DNA from: Clostridiales bacterium
Lineage (GTDB): Bacteria > Bacillota > Clostridia > Peptostreptococcales > Anaerovoracaceae
Assembly: GCA_009782285.1 (NCBI GenBank)
Contig: WRJK01000008.1
Coordinates: 1 to 49,064, forward strand
Length of the DNA: 49,064 nucleotides
Direction of reading: 5' to 3'
Shown: in pieces, positions 35,868-47,177 of the stretch
Numbering within the stretch: position 1 is the stretch's first letter
Layout: every line of letters begins with the position of its first letter
Position numbers and translations under genes: made by a program
Notes under the pieces: model-generated
What the model was told of the DNA's origin: nothing
What the model saw: only the letters and a program-made list of their open reading frames with translations
Databases searched by the model: none

Positions 35868-36128
35868 ATGGCAAGCAAAAAAGGGGTCGGCAGTTCGAAA
35901 AACGGCCGGGACAGCGAATCCAAACGGCTTGGCGTAAAAAGAAGCGACGGCCAGTATGTGAGTGCAGGAAGCATTCTGGTCAGGCAGAGGGGGACCAAGT
36001 TCCATCCCGGCAACAACGTCGGCAGAGGCGGAGACGATACGCTGTTTGCGAAAGTTGATGGAAACGTCAAATTTGAACGATATGACAAAAAAAGGAAGCA
36101 AGTCAGCGTATACACTAAGGAAGCTTAG
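35868..36128 (+). CDS. rpmA: 50S ribosomal protein L27 (no Prp-cleaved N-terminal extension)
   Basis: [48 protein letters not shown]. No ysxB/prp gene between rplU and rpmA, consistent with the short N-terminus. Confidence 0.9.
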   Translation: MASKKGVGSSKNGRDSESKRLGVKRSDGQYVSAGSILVRQRGTKFHPGNNVGRGGDDTLFAKVDGNVKFERYDKKRKQVSVYTKEA

Positions 36129-36145
36129 AATTACCGGCTTTATGA

Positions 36146-36168
36146 CCCCTATGAAATAGGGGTTTTTT
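36146..36168 (+). terminator. rho-independent terminator after rpmA
   Basis: cccctat gaa atagggg followed by TTTTTT. Confidence 0.7.
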
Positions 36169-36186
36169 CTTTGACAACAAGGGTAG

Positions 36187-37514
<1,328 letters not shown>

Positions 37515-37521
<7 letters not shown>

Positions 37522-38273
37522 TCGACTTTAAACGAGGCCACTTTGCCCACATAGTCGATTTCGTCAAAGGAATCCAGTATCAGGATTTCCGAGGTTCTGT
37601 CATCGGGGATCAGCAGAATTTTTTCTTTCACGAGGTACATCCTCCTCAAGATCAGGATTTTCCTGTTCCCAGGGTAAAACGCGATGATGTCGCGGTCTTT
37701 CAGCAGGTCTGTCCTTGTCCTTATAATGTACAGGAACGAATGGATGGGGATTGTAGGCGCCATGGCGTTGTCGCCGAGGAACACCGTCATGATTTCGCTG
37801 TCGTTATCTTTTACAATGCCGCCGCTTTCGAGGGTTATCCGCTTTGCGAGGTCGTTTTCGATTTCTGCACCGCCGTCCTTCATGTATTTGCTGGACATTT
37901 CAATTGCGGTCAGCACGTCCATTTCCCGCAGGTACGCCAAAGCGCTATCTGACACGTTGCTTTCCTGCGCCTTGTACAAGGTCTCAAGCATGATTTTGTT
38001 CAGGTTTGACGACGCAAACATGTATTCCTTTATCACGTCCGGCGCCTTTTCGAGATACCCTTGGAAAATAAGCTTCGACTGTTCCTTTGATTCGCAGGCC
38101 TTGGCAAGGATCATTGATACTTCAGGCGAAGGCGGGGGAAGCTTCCCGTTCTTCAGCTGAGAAACGTACGACGGCGTTATGCTCAGCCCAAAATCCGCAC
38201 AGCGTTTTGTTATCTGCCTCAGCGACAATTTGCTTCTGTCTATCATGTCGCACAGCATTTCGGCGTAGCTCAC
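37515..38273 (-). CDS. XRE-family HTH plus S24 (LexA/cI-like) peptidase-domain repressor
   Basis: N-terminal HTH (LSLRQITKRCADFGLSITPSYVSQLKNG) and a C-terminal S24-like segment (FLGDNAMAPTI...). GTG start 38273 sits 8 nt after AAAGGAGG; the ORF track start 38312 reads through the RBS. Confidence 0.65.
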
Positions 38274-38424
38274 TATTAGCGCCTCCTTTGAATATATTAT
38301 TAAATATACCATTAAACAATATCTTTAGTCAAATTATATATTATGGAAAAATATGGCTTTGTGCAAAAACTGCCACTAGTTGAACAAAATGTGATATAAT
38401 ATTTGCTGAAAGGTGGGATTTGGT

Positions 38425-38982
38425 ATGGAGGACAGGCACCCGGGAAGGGAAGAATGCTTGGAATTGCTGAAAAACTACGGAACCCCTGCCCATGTAGTCA
38501 GGCACTGCATAGCCGTTGCGGACGCAGCACTGGCGATTGCGCGGGCGCTTGTGGAAAAAGGGTTCGTTTTCGACTTGGCGCTGGTGCAGTCAGCCGGCTT
38601 GCTGCACGACGTTGCGAGGGCCGAAACCGAGCACTGGGTGTCAGGGGCGGAATACGCCAGAAGGCTCGGCTTCGCGAAGGAGGCAGAAATAATCAGGAGG
38701 CACATGAACCATTCTTTCGACCCGGATCCGGCGAAGCTGAGAGAGCTGGACCTGGTGTGCCTCGGCGACAGGATAGTCCTTGAGGACAGGTACGTGGGCT
38801 TTGACGCTAGGATGGATTACGTGATAAAAAAAGCCGGCGGCGGCGAGCGGATTGAAAAAATGATTAGCGAAAGCAAAAAAGTGAACAGCGCGCTGGCTAG
38901 GAACATCGAAGAAGTTATTGGCGTTTCCATTGATGAGCTTATGCTCGAAGGGAATAGCAGGAAGGCCGCAGATGAACATTGA
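38425..38982 (+). CDS. HD-domain phosphohydrolase-like protein
   Basis: HCIAVADAAL...LLHDVAR HD motif. ATG 38425 after AGGTGG. Confidence 0.65.
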   Translation: MEDRHPGREECLELLKNYGTPAHVVRHCIAVADAALAIARALVEKGFVFDLALVQSAGLLHDVARAETEHWVSGAEYARRLGFAKEAEIIRRHMNHSFDPDPAKLRELDLVCLGDRIVLEDRYVGFDARMDYVIKKAGGGERIEKMISESKKVNSALARNIEEVIGVSIDELMLEGNSRKAADEH

Positions 38983-40771
38983 GTACGAATTTGAAAAACT
39001 ACTGAAAAGAGTTGAAAAACCAGCCCGTTATACAGGCGGGGAAGTCAACGAGGTGCAGAAGGACCCCGGCAACTGCAGCTTGCGGTTCGGGTTCGCTTTT
39101 CCCGACATGTACGAAATAGGCATGTCGTACCTAGGGCTCCAGGTTTTGTACAGCGTTTTAAACGAGAGGGATGGGACCTACTGCGAGAGGGTGTTCGCTC
39201 CGGCGCCTGACATGGAATCCTTGATGAGGGAACGAGGGGTGCCTCTTTTCACCCTTGAAACCAAGACCCCCGTCAGAGAGCTGGACATTTTGGGCTTTAC
39301 GCTCCAGTACGAGCTTTCTTACACTAACGTCCTGAACATGCTGTCCCTTGCAGGAATCCCTGTTTTCGCCAAGGACAGGGGCGAGGGAATGCCTTTCGTT
39401 GTCGGAGGGGGGCCGTGCGCTTTCAACCCAGAGCCTGTAGCAGGCATTTTTGACGCATTTTTGATAGGGGACGGCGAAGAAGCAGTTGTCAAGCTGTGCG
39501 GCCTGTACGAGAGCTGGAAAGCGTCGGGCGAAGGCAAAGCAAGCTTCCTTGAGGCGGCATGCCGAACGGAGGGCGTCTACGTCCCGAGCTTCTACGAGCC
39601 GTGTTATTTGGAGACCGGAGAAATCGGCGGGGTGAAAAAGCTTTTCGATGGGGCGGCAGACAGAGTGAAAAAAAGCGTCCTTTGGGACTTGAACAGCACA
39701 GTTCCACCGGAAAAATGCATTGTGCCGTTGATTGAAACCGTGCACGACAGGGCGGTTGTGGAAACGTTCCGGGGCTGCACGAGGGGGTGCCGGTTCTGCC
39801 AAGCAGGCATGATATACAGGCCAGTGCGCGAAAGGTCCTCAGACAGCATAATTGGGTCAGCTGAAAGGCAGCTCAAGGCTACCGGGCACGAAGAGCTTTC
39901 GCTGCTGTCGCTTTCCACAAGCGATCATTCGGAATTTGAGCCGCTTGCAACCCGCCTTATGGCAATGTGCAAGGAAAACAACGTATCGCTTTCGCTGCCT
40001 TCGCTGAGGCTCGATTCTTTCTCTTTCAAGGCCCTTGGCGAGATCGGAGGGTACAAGAAGTCAGGGCTTACCTTCGCCCCTGAGGCGGGCACTCAGAGGC
40101 TCAGGGACGTCATCAACAAGAACATCACGGAGGAAAGCATATTTGGTTCCGTCAGCCAAGCGGCTGAGCTGGGCTGGGGGACGGTAAAGCTGTACTTCAT
40201 GGTTGGCCTTCCCACCGAAACCTACGAAGACCTTGACGGTATTGCCGAAATAGCCAGAAGGATAATGGAGGCCTGCCGCAAAGGCCGCATGAAACTTACA
40301 GTGAGCGTTTCCAATTTCGTCCCCAAGGCCCACACGCCTTTCCAGTGGGAGGCTCAGGACGCATACGAAGACTTTGTCAGCAAGCACGACTACTTGAAAG
40401 AAAAACTGAAGATTAAGGGCGTTTCGTTCAGTTACCACGACAGCTGCATGAGCGTTGTCGAGGCAGCTCTTGCAAGGGGCGACCGCAGGGTGACGGCGGC
40501 GCTGGTGAATGCGTGGGAAAAAGGCTGCAGATTTGACGCATGGTCGGAGCATTTCAATTACAGCCTCTGGAAAGAGGCGTTTGAGGAAGCGGGGGTCAGC
40601 ATGGGCTATTACGCGTCAAGAAAACGCAAGTATGACGAGGCACTGCCTTGGGACGTCATAGACTGCCTAGTTTCAAAGGAATACCTCATCACGGAAAATG
40701 AGAAGTCGAAATCAGCCGAAACAACGGAAGATTGCAGGCAGGGGTGCAGACAATGCGGAATAAATACGTAA
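38972..40771 (+). CDS. radical SAM protein, TIGR03960-like (B12-binding-like N-terminal domain)
   Basis: MNIEYEFEKLLKRVEKPARYTGGEVN start, CxxxCxxC (RGCTRGCRFCQAG), ~600 aa; the conserved partner DUF2344 gene follows with an overlapping start. ATG 38972 overlaps the HD gene stop. Confidence 0.8.
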   Translation: MNIEYEFEKLLKRVEKPARYTGGEVNEVQKDPGNCSLRFGFAFPDMYEIGMSYLGLQVLYSVLNERDGTYCERVFAPAPDMESLMRERGVPLFTLETKTPVRELDILGFTLQYELSYTNVLNMLSLAGIPVFAKDRGEGMPFVVGGGPCAFNPEPVAGIFDAFLIGDGEEAVVKLCGLYESWKASGEGKASFLEAACRTEGVYVPSFYEPCYLETGEIGGVKKLFDGAADRVKKSVLWDLNSTVPPEKCIVPLIETVHDRAVVETFRGCTRGCRFCQAGMIYRPVRERSSDSIIGSAERQLKATGHEELSLLSLSTSDHSEFEPLATRLMAMCKENNVSLSLPSLRLDSFSFKALGEIGGYKKSGLTFAPEAGTQRLRDVINKNITEESIFGSVSQAAELGWGTVKLYFMVGLPTETYEDLDGIAEIARRIMEACRKGRMKLTVSVSNFVPKAHTPFQWEAQDAYEDFVSKHDYLKEKLKIKGVSFSYHDSCMSVVEAALARGDRRVTAALVNAWEKGCRFDAWSEHFNYSLWKEAFEEAGVSMGYYASRKRKYDEALPWDVIDCLVSKEYLITENEKSKSAETTEDCRQGCRQCGINT

Positions 40772-41421
40772 TAAAGCTCGCGAAGGGCGGATACCTTAAG
40801 TACATATCGCACCTAGACATGGTGCGGCTCTTCAAGAGCGCTTTCAAACGGGCCGGAATCAGGCTAACCCACTCCCAAGGGTTCAACCCCCACCCGAGGC
40901 TCAGTTTGGCGCAGCCGCTGCCTTTGGGTTACTCTTCAACGTGCGAGCTGTTGGAATTTGAAATTTCAGAGGACATGAAGCCTGCGGAAATACTGGACAA
41001 GATGCGCCAAGCGGTGCCGGAAGGGATCAAGCTCTTGGGATGCGGGAGGGCGGCAGAAGGCAAGAGCCTTGCAGCCAGGGCCGTCGCTGCATCGTATGAG
41101 GTGCGCATCCCGCTTGATGCCGGGTTTGAGTGCGATTTTGGCGAGCTTTGCGAGAATTTTATGAAACAGGAAGCGATTCCGGCTTTGAAGCGTCAGAAAA
41201 AGGCCGATGTGAAAAAAGAGACAGATATTAAAGGCATGATAAGGGAGCTTCAAGGCGAAAAAGTTGACGATAACCTTATTCTGTATATCAAAGTTGACGC
41301 AGGCAACCGCTCAAATTTAAGCCCTGAACTGCTGATACCTGCGTTCGCTTCTTTTGCCGGCATAAACACCGCACGTGAAGAGATGGACGTCACGAGGACA
41401 GGGCTGTATTTTTTGCGCTAG
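40753..41421 (+). CDS. DUF2344/TIGR03936-like radical-SAM-linked protein
   Basis: MRNKYVIKLAKGGYLKYISHLDMVRLFKSAFKRAGIRLTHSQGFNPHPRLSLAQPLPLG matches the conserved partner of TIGR03960 radical SAM proteins. Confidence 0.75.
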   Translation: MRNKYVIKLAKGGYLKYISHLDMVRLFKSAFKRAGIRLTHSQGFNPHPRLSLAQPLPLGYSSTCELLEFEISEDMKPAEILDKMRQAVPEGIKLLGCGRAAEGKSLAARAVAASYEVRIPLDAGFECDFGELCENFMKQEAIPALKRQKKADVKKETDIKGMIRELQGEKVDDNLILYIKVDAGNRSNLSPELLIPAFASFAGINTAREEMDVTRTGLYFLR

Positions 41422-41436
41422 CAGGAGGTGGCGTCA

Positions 41437-42258
41437 ATGCCAGAAACAACATTTGTATCATCAGACAGGCTGCTGTTCATGTTCATCACGCTGGGCTTGT
41501 CCGTTTTGTTCCCCATTGCGCTGTGGATTGTGTTTGCTCTGCGGAAAAAGCGGGTCACAGCTGCTGTGCTTGCCGGGACAGTGGGGTTCGTAGTCCCTCA
41601 GTTGTTCATTCGGGTACCTGTCTTGCAGCTGATGGCGCTGAACCAGCAGTGGGTTGCGTTCTGCGCCAGGAACACCGTACTTTCGTGCGCGTTCTATGCC
41701 TCGACGGCGGCATTGTTTGAGACTGCAGGGCGCATACTGGTCCTGCGCGGGCTGCTGCATAAAAGCCTGTCCTACGACACGGCCTTGGGCGCAGGCTTGG
41801 GGCATGGCGCCGCCGAATCCATAGGATTGATCGGCATGACTTATGTCAACAACATCATACTCAGTTTTATGATTAACGCCGGCACCCTGCCGGCTGCACC
41901 TGAGCTGCAGCCGGCTGTAGAAGCGCTGACCCAGACCCAGCCAAGCCTGTTCCTGCTGGCTGGGCTTGAGCGCGTGTTCACCATAGCGTTCCACATGGCT
42001 CTGACCACGGTTTTATCCCTATTCATCTTGAAGAAAGACCTGTTCAAAGGAGCGCTGCTGGTTATTGCCATGCATTTTGCCGTTGATTTTATTGTTCCGC
42101 TGGCAATGGCGAAAGGGCTAAACGCTTGGGCGGCAGAATGCATCATTTGCCTTGTTGCGCTAGGAAGCGCAGCACTCATCGCACTGCTCAAATCGAAATT
42201 CCCCGTCGTCGAATCGCCAGAAGACCCAGCAGCCATCGCCCTCAGAGAAGGCTACTAA
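41437..42258 (+). CDS. polytopic membrane protein, putative YhfC/CPBP-type intramembrane metalloprotease
   Basis: At least 6 predicted TM helices. Candidate motifs FETAGR (ExxxR), AFHMA and HFAVD (HxxxD). ATG 41437 after AGGAGGTG. Confidence 0.5.
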   Translation: MPETTFVSSDRLLFMFITLGLSVLFPIALWIVFALRKKRVTAAVLAGTVGFVVPQLFIRVPVLQLMALNQQWVAFCARNTVLSCAFYASTAALFETAGRILVLRGLLHKSLSYDTALGAGLGHGAAESIGLIGMTYVNNIILSFMINAGTLPAAPELQPAVEALTQTQPSLFLLAGLERVFTIAFHMALTTVLSLFILKKDLFKGALLVIAMHFAVDFIVPLAMAKGLNAWAAECIICLVALGSAALIALLKSKFPVVESPEDPAAIALREGY

Positions 42259-42428
42259 CTACCAACTACAAACTACCAACTACCAACTACCAACTCCCCA
42301 CTACAAACTAACAACTACCAACTCCCCACTACAAACTACCAACTACCAACTCCCCACTACCAACTAAAAACTACCAACTACAAACTAAAAACTACCAACT
42401 ACAAACTACAAACTACCAACTACAAAAG
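42254..42428. repeat. heptanucleotide tandem array, 25 units of AC[CA]AACT (variants CCCCACT, AAAAACT, AACAACT), G-free on the plus strand
   Basis: ACTAACT ACCAACT ACAAACT ACCAACT ... ACAAACT ACCAACT ACAAAAG. It fills the entire spacer from the stop codon of 41437..42258 to the AAAAGGAGG RBS of 42441..42755. Confidence 0.9.
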
Positions 42429-42440
42429 GAGGAAAAAAAC

Positions 42441-42755
42441 ATGTTAATGACAACTACAGAGATTATTCCAGGCAAAGAGTACACCATCATAGGCATTGCA
42501 AAAGGCGGGACCATCCAGTCGAAGCACATTGGCAAGGACATCATGGCCAACTTGAAGCAGATCGTCGGAGGCGAGCTTGTAGGCTACAATGAAATGATGA
42601 ACGAGGCGCGGGCGCTCGCGACGAAGCGCATGGTTGAGGAAGCGGCATCGATGGGTGCCGATGCCATCGTCTGCCTTCGGTATTCGACATCAGCCATAAT
42701 GGCTGCTGCCGCTGAAGTCATGGCTTACGGCACGGCAGTCAAATTTAAATCCTGA
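42441..42755 (+). CDS. YbjQ/UPF0145 (DUF74) family protein
   Basis: MLMTTTEIIPGKEYTIIGIAKGGTIQSKHIGKDIMANLKQIVGGELVGYNEMMNEAR is typical YbjQ. Confidence 0.8.
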   Translation: MLMTTTEIIPGKEYTIIGIAKGGTIQSKHIGKDIMANLKQIVGGELVGYNEMMNEARALATKRMVEEAASMGADAIVCLRYSTSAIMAAAAEVMAYGTAVKFKS

Positions 42756-42766
42756 AAAAAACAGTA

Positions 42767-42796
42767 TTGACATTATATGGTATGATATGCTATAAT
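42767..42796 (+). promoter_or_regulatory. promoter upstream of comEA (TTGACA-18-TATAAT) followed by a 7 bp leader hairpin
   Basis: TTGACA 42767-42772, TATAAT 42791-42796; downstream leader hairpin gaggagc...gctcctc around 42810-42836. Confidence 0.5.
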
Positions 42797-42861
42797 AACC
42801 AAAGAAGGTGAGGAGCAGTCGTCTATCGGCTCCTCATCTGATATCACAAGGAGGAGAGGTT

Positions 42862-43530
42862 ATGAACATCAGTACCATTAAAGCGTACATACTGGAAAAC
42901 AAAAGCAAATCAATGAAAGCAGGCGCCGTTGTTTTTGTGTTGGTTGTAGCGCTGACAATTTTCCTGACAGGGAACTCAGGAAAAACCAACGACATCACAG
43001 TGGTCGAGGCGAGTACGGCAGGGCCTGCCGCAGAGGAGGAGGTTGCCGTTTTAGCTGAAGAAGAAAAAGAGGCGTTCATTGTTGTGGACATCGAAGGCGC
43101 CGTAAAGGCACCCGGCATAGTGCGCCTGCCAGAAGGAAGCAGGGTGAACGACGCCGTTGTGGAGGCTGGCGGGCTGGCAGCCGGCGCAGACACTATGGAA
43201 GTCAATTTGGCTGCGCGGCTTTCGGACGGCGACAAAGTGTACATCCCGAAAGAAGCAGAACAGCAAAGCGATTCGCCGGCAGCGGTGGGCATCGTCACAA
43301 GCGAGGTTTCCGGCCAGCAGCCGGGCATCGCATCAGGCAGCATGATCAACATAAACACAGCGAATTCCGAACAGCTTCAGGCATTAAACGGGGTAGGGCC
43401 GGCTACCGCCCAAAAGATCATCGACTACCGCGAAAGCTCCGGCGGGTTCAAAAAGGCCGAAGACCTCATGAATGTGAGCGGCATCGGAAGCAAGACCTTC
43501 GAGAAAATCAAGGACAAAATTATAGTGTGA
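42862..43530 (+). CDS. comEA: competence protein ComEA (SLBB + tandem helix-hairpin-helix DNA-binding domain)
   Basis: N-terminal TM segment, SLBB-like VVDIEGAVKAPGIVRLPEGSRVNDAVVEAGG, C-terminal INTANSEQLQALNGVGPATAQKIIDYRESSGGFKKAEDLMNVSGIGSKTFEKI. ATG 42862 after GGAGG. Confidence 0.85.
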   Translation: MNISTIKAYILENKSKSMKAGAVVFVLVVALTIFLTGNSGKTNDITVVEASTAGPAAEEEVAVLAEEEKEAFIVVDIEGAVKAPGIVRLPEGSRVNDAVVEAGGLAAGADTMEVNLAARLSDGDKVYIPKEAEQQSDSPAAVGIVTSEVSGQQPGIASGSMININTANSEQLQALNGVGPATAQKIIDYRESSGGFKKAEDLMNVSGIGSKTFEKIKDKIIV

Positions 43531-43628
43531 AAAACCGAACAGAATATTGCAATTCAGGCTAACTTGGATTAAACTGTGAGATAACGGCAACAAAAACGAT
43601 ATGAAGCAAAATATCTTAAGGAGGTTAT

Positions 43629-45038
43629 ATGTCACAGGATAACAATCAAGCAAACGCCCTGGAAAGGGTTCTCGTCAAGGACATCTGCCAGAACTGCCAA
43701 GAGTGGCTGGGGCAGCGTCTGAAGGTTTCGGGTTGGATAAGGACCGTGCGGAAATCGAAAAACTTGGCTTTCATCGAGTTGAACGACGGCAGCGTATTCA
43801 GCAACCTGCAGATAGTGGTAGAGGACGTGGACATGGCTGAGAGCCTGAACCTATCGGCAGGGATCACCGCAACCGGGGTTTTGGCAGCCACTGAAGGGGC
43901 AAAGCAGCCTTTCGAGCTGAAAGCCGAAAGCTTGGTGGTCGAAGCGGACTGCAGCCAAGACTACCCCATACAGAAAAAGCGCCACACCTTTGAGTACCTG
44001 CGCACGGTATCCCACCTGCGGCCGAGGACGAACACTTTTTCGGCCGTGTTCCGAGCCAGGTCGGTGCTGGCTCAAGGCATCCACGATTATTTCGCAAAAA
44101 GGGGCTTTATCTACGTGCACACCCCGATCATTACCGGCAGCGACTGCGAAGGCGCGGGCAAGATGTTCCGCGTTTCTACGCTTGAGCCGGGGGAAAACCC
44201 GCGCACGGAAAAAGGCGGGTTCGACTACAGCCAAGAATTTTTCCGCAGGGAGACCAACCTGACCGTCAGCGGCCAGCTCCAAGGCGAAGCCTACGCTTTG
44301 GCCTTCGGCAACATCTACACCTTTGGCCCGACATTCAGGGCAGAAAAGTCGGTCACGGCGCGCCACGCTGCCGAATTTTGGATGATCGAACCCGAAATCG
44401 CCTTTGCAGATCTAAACGACAACATGGCTCTGGCAGAGGACATGACCAAAAGCATCATCAGCTACTGCTTGGACAAAATCCCTGCTGACATGCGCTTCTT
44501 CAACGATTTTGTCGACAACGGCCTGCTTCAGCGCCTAGAAGGCATACTGAACAAGGATTTTGGGTGCCTTACGTACACAGAAGCCATCGGGATTCTGGAA
44601 AAAGCGGACAGGAGCTTCGAATTCCCCGTCAGCTGGGGCATCGACCTGCAGACCGAGCACGAGCGCTATTTAACTGAAGCAGTATTCAAAAAACCTGTTT
44701 TCGTCATCGACTACCCCAAAGACATTAAAGCCTTCTACATGCGTGGCAACGACGACGGCAAAACCGTTGCAGCCATGGACATGCTAGTGCCCGGAGTGGG
44801 CGAGCTGATCGGCGGGAGCCAGCGAGAAGAGCGCTTGGACAAGCTGGTCGCGCGGATGGAGGAGATGAACATGGGAACGGAGGACTACGAATGGTACCTT
44901 GAGCTGCGCCGCTTCGGGGGTGTGAAGCATGCAGGCTTCGGCATGGGTTTTGAACGCCTTCTGATGTATTTGAGCGGCATGGCGAACATCCGCGACGTAG
45001 TGTCCTTCCCGAGGACATACGGCCATTTTGAACTGTAG
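43629..45038 (+). CDS. asnS: asparagine--tRNA ligase
   Basis: Class IIb aaRS with OB-fold N-terminus and [21 protein letters not shown] (AsnRS pattern [21 protein letters not shown]) and GGSQREER motif 3 region. Confidence 0.85.
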   Translation: MSQDNNQANALERVLVKDICQNCQEWLGQRLKVSGWIRTVRKSKNLAFIELNDGSVFSNLQIVVEDVDMAESLNLSAGITATGVLAATEGAKQPFELKAESLVVEADCSQDYPIQKKRHTFEYLRTVSHLRPRTNTFSAVFRARSVLAQGIHDYFAKRGFIYVHTPIITGSDCEGAGKMFRVSTLEPGENPRTEKGGFDYSQEFFRRETNLTVSGQLQGEAYALAFGNIYTFGPTFRAEKSVTARHAAEFWMIEPEIAFADLNDNMALAEDMTKSIISYCLDKIPADMRFFNDFVDNGLLQRLEGILNKDFGCLTYTEAIGILEKADRSFEFPVSWGIDLQTEHERYLTEAVFKKPVFVIDYPKDIKAFYMRGNDDGKTVAAMDMLVPGVGELIGGSQREERLDKLVARMEEMNMGTEDYEWYLELRRFGGVKHAGFGMGFERLLMYLSGMANIRDVVSFPRTYGHFEL

Positions 45039-45096
45039 AAAGGGGCAGCAAGCAGGGCGTTTTGTTTTAGTTGATTGATTCAAATCGGAGGTGAAA

Positions 45097-46842
45097 ATGT
45101 ACAAAAACCAGTACCGTACGCATCATTGCGGAGAGCTTCGAGAGGAAAACATCAATGAAAGGGTCAAATTGTCTGGCTGGGTTGACACAATAAGGAATCA
45201 TGGGGGCGTAATATTCATCGACCTCCGCGACCACTACGGCGTTACGCAGGCAGTGCTCCATGACGAAGACCTGATAAAGGGGATTGGAAAAGAAAGCGTG
45301 GTATCCGTAGAAGGGGTGCTGATGAAAAGGGGCGATGAAACCACAAACCCCAAGATTGGCACAGGATACGTAGAAGTAAAGGTTGAAAAGCTGGAGCTTT
45401 TGAGCAAATCGATCACTCAGCTGCCCTTCGAGATCGGCGCGTCCACGGGCACCCGCGAAGAAGTGAGGCTGAAATACCGCTTCCTCGACTTGAGGAACCC
45501 AAGGATTCACGACAACATAGTCTTTCGTTCCAAGGTAATAAGCAGGCTCAGGTCAAAGATGGCAGAATTAGGGTTTTTGGAGATACAGACGCCCATTTTG
45601 ACATCCTCGTCGCCAGAAGGCGCAAGGGACTACATCGTGCCCAGCAGGAAGCACCCCGGCATGTTCTACGCCCTTCCCCAAGCCCCTCAGATTTTCAAGC
45701 AGCTGCTGATGGTTTCCGGGTTCGACAGGTACTTTCAGGTAGCGCCCTGCTTCCGGGACGAGGACGCAAGGACGGACCGTTCCCCCGGAGAGTTCTACCA
45801 GCTGGATTTTGAGATGTGCTTCGCAACCCAGGAGGACGTGTTCGACGTTGCTGAACAGGTTCTTTACGACGCCTTCAGCCATTTTTCCGACAAGGCAGTG
45901 TCAAAGCCCCCCTTCGAAAGGATTCCCTACGAAGAAAGCATGCTTAAGTACGGCACAGACAAGCCGGACTTGAGGAACCCCCTCGTCATAAGCGACATGT
46001 CGGCTTTCTTTTCAGACGTTGATTTCATGCCCTTCAAGAACAAACCTGTCAGAGGTGTGCTGGCGCCTGCCTGCGCGTCCATGCCCAAATCGTTTTTTGA
46101 GAACATGCTTGGCTTTGCCACCGGCATCGGCATGAAAGGCCTAGGGTACATTTCAGTCGCGGAAGGCATGCAGCTCAAGGGGCCGATCGTGAAATTCCTG
46201 TCCGAAGAAAAGCAGCAAACCCTTGTGGAAATTCTGGACATGAAGGAAAACGACACGCTGTTTTTCATATCAGACCATTTCAAAACCGTTGACAAGCTGG
46301 CAGGGGCAATCAGGGACGAACTGGGGAAGCGCCTTGGCCTGATCGACGAAAATTCGTTCAAATTCTGCTTCGTGGTGGATTTCCCCATGTTCGGGCTCAG
46401 CGACGAAACTGGGGAAATAGAATTCACTCACAACCCGTTTTCAATGCCGCAGGGCGAAATGGAAGCGCTTGTGGAGAAAGACCCGCTGGAAATTCTGGCC
46501 TGGCAGTACGACATAGTATGCAACGGAGTCGAACTCTCGTCGGGGGCCGTCAGGAACCACGTTCCGGAAATCATGGTGAAGGCATTTGAAATAGCCGGCT
46601 ACAGCGCGGAAGACGTCAAGGGGAAGTTTGGCGCGCTTTATTCGGCGTTCCAATACGGTGCCCCGCCCCATGCCGGAATGGCGCCGGGGGTGGACAGGAT
46701 AGTCATGCTCCTTACAGGGGAAGACAGCATAAGGGACGTCATCGCTTTCCCGATGAACAGCAATGCACAGGACTTGCTCCTGGACGCACCGAACACCGTG
46801 ACGAAGAAGCAGCTCCGCGAGGTGCACATAAGGGTTAAGTAG
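45097..46842 (+). CDS. aspS: aspartate--tRNA ligase (bacterial type, probably non-discriminating given gatCAB)
   Basis: MYKNQYRTHHCGELREENINERVKLSGWVDTIRNHGGVIFIDLRD, QLDFEMCF, GAPPHAGMAPGVDRIVM. ATG 45097 after GGAGGTG; the ORF track gives GTG 45091. Confidence 0.9.
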   Translation: MYKNQYRTHHCGELREENINERVKLSGWVDTIRNHGGVIFIDLRDHYGVTQAVLHDEDLIKGIGKESVVSVEGVLMKRGDETTNPKIGTGYVEVKVEKLELLSKSITQLPFEIGASTGTREEVRLKYRFLDLRNPRIHDNIVFRSKVISRLRSKMAELGFLEIQTPILTSSSPEGARDYIVPSRKHPGMFYALPQAPQIFKQLLMVSGFDRYFQVAPCFRDEDARTDRSPGEFYQLDFEMCFATQEDVFDVAEQVLYDAFSHFSDKAVSKPPFERIPYEESMLKYGTDKPDLRNPLVISDMSAFFSDVDFMPFKNKPVRGVLAPACASMPKSFFENMLGFATGIGMKGLGYISVAEGMQLKGPIVKFLSEEKQQTLVEILDMKENDTLFFISDHFKTVDKLAGAIRDELGKRLGLIDENSFKFCFVVDFPMFGLSDETGEIEFTHNPFSMPQGEMEALVEKDPLEILAWQYDIVCNGVELSSGAVRNHVPEIMVKAFEIAGYSAEDVKGKFGALYSAFQYGAPPHAGMAPGVDRIVMLLTGEDSIRDVIAFPMNSNAQDLLLDAPNTVTKKQLREVHIRVK

Positions 46843-46881
46843 GGGCTGGCAGCAAAGCAGCAGAATGGAAAGGAGGGCGGC

Positions 46882-47166
46882 ATGCCAACAGACGCAAACA
46901 TACTTGAACTTGAGCGGATGGCAAAGCTGGGCTTGCCCGAAAGCGAAAGGGGGGAAATTCGAAAATATATGGAATTCCTCGCTTGCGACTTTGAAAAACT
47001 GAGGCAAGTCAATACAGAAGGCATTAAACCGCTGATACACGGAATTGAGCTTGAGAACATATTCAGGGAAGACAAGGCTGAAAAAATGATCGGCAGGGAA
47101 ACGCTGCTTCAAAACGCTCCCGAGCACGAAGACGGCTGTTTCATAGTGCCCATGGCGCTGGAGTAG
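46882..47166 (+). CDS. gatC: Asp/Glu-tRNA amidotransferase subunit C
   Basis: MPTDANILELERMAKLGLPESERGEIRKYMEFLACDFEKL... is GatC-like; 94 aa. Confidence 0.85.
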   Translation: MPTDANILELERMAKLGLPESERGEIRKYMEFLACDFEKLRQVNTEGIKPLIHGIELENIFREDKAEKMIGRETLLQNAPEHEDGCFIVPMALE

Positions 47167-47177
47167 GAGGGGGATGC

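Noticed and set aside
42254-42428. Tandem array considered as a CRISPR array
   Set aside because: The period is 7 nt with no unique spacers, there are no cas genes, and the units are contiguous. It is a microsatellite-type array, not CRISPR.
43531-43628. T-box or other leader upstream of asnS and aspS
   Set aside because: The leaders are under 100 nt, far too short for a T-box, and no specifier-loop or antiterminator (TGGNACC-like) elements were seen.
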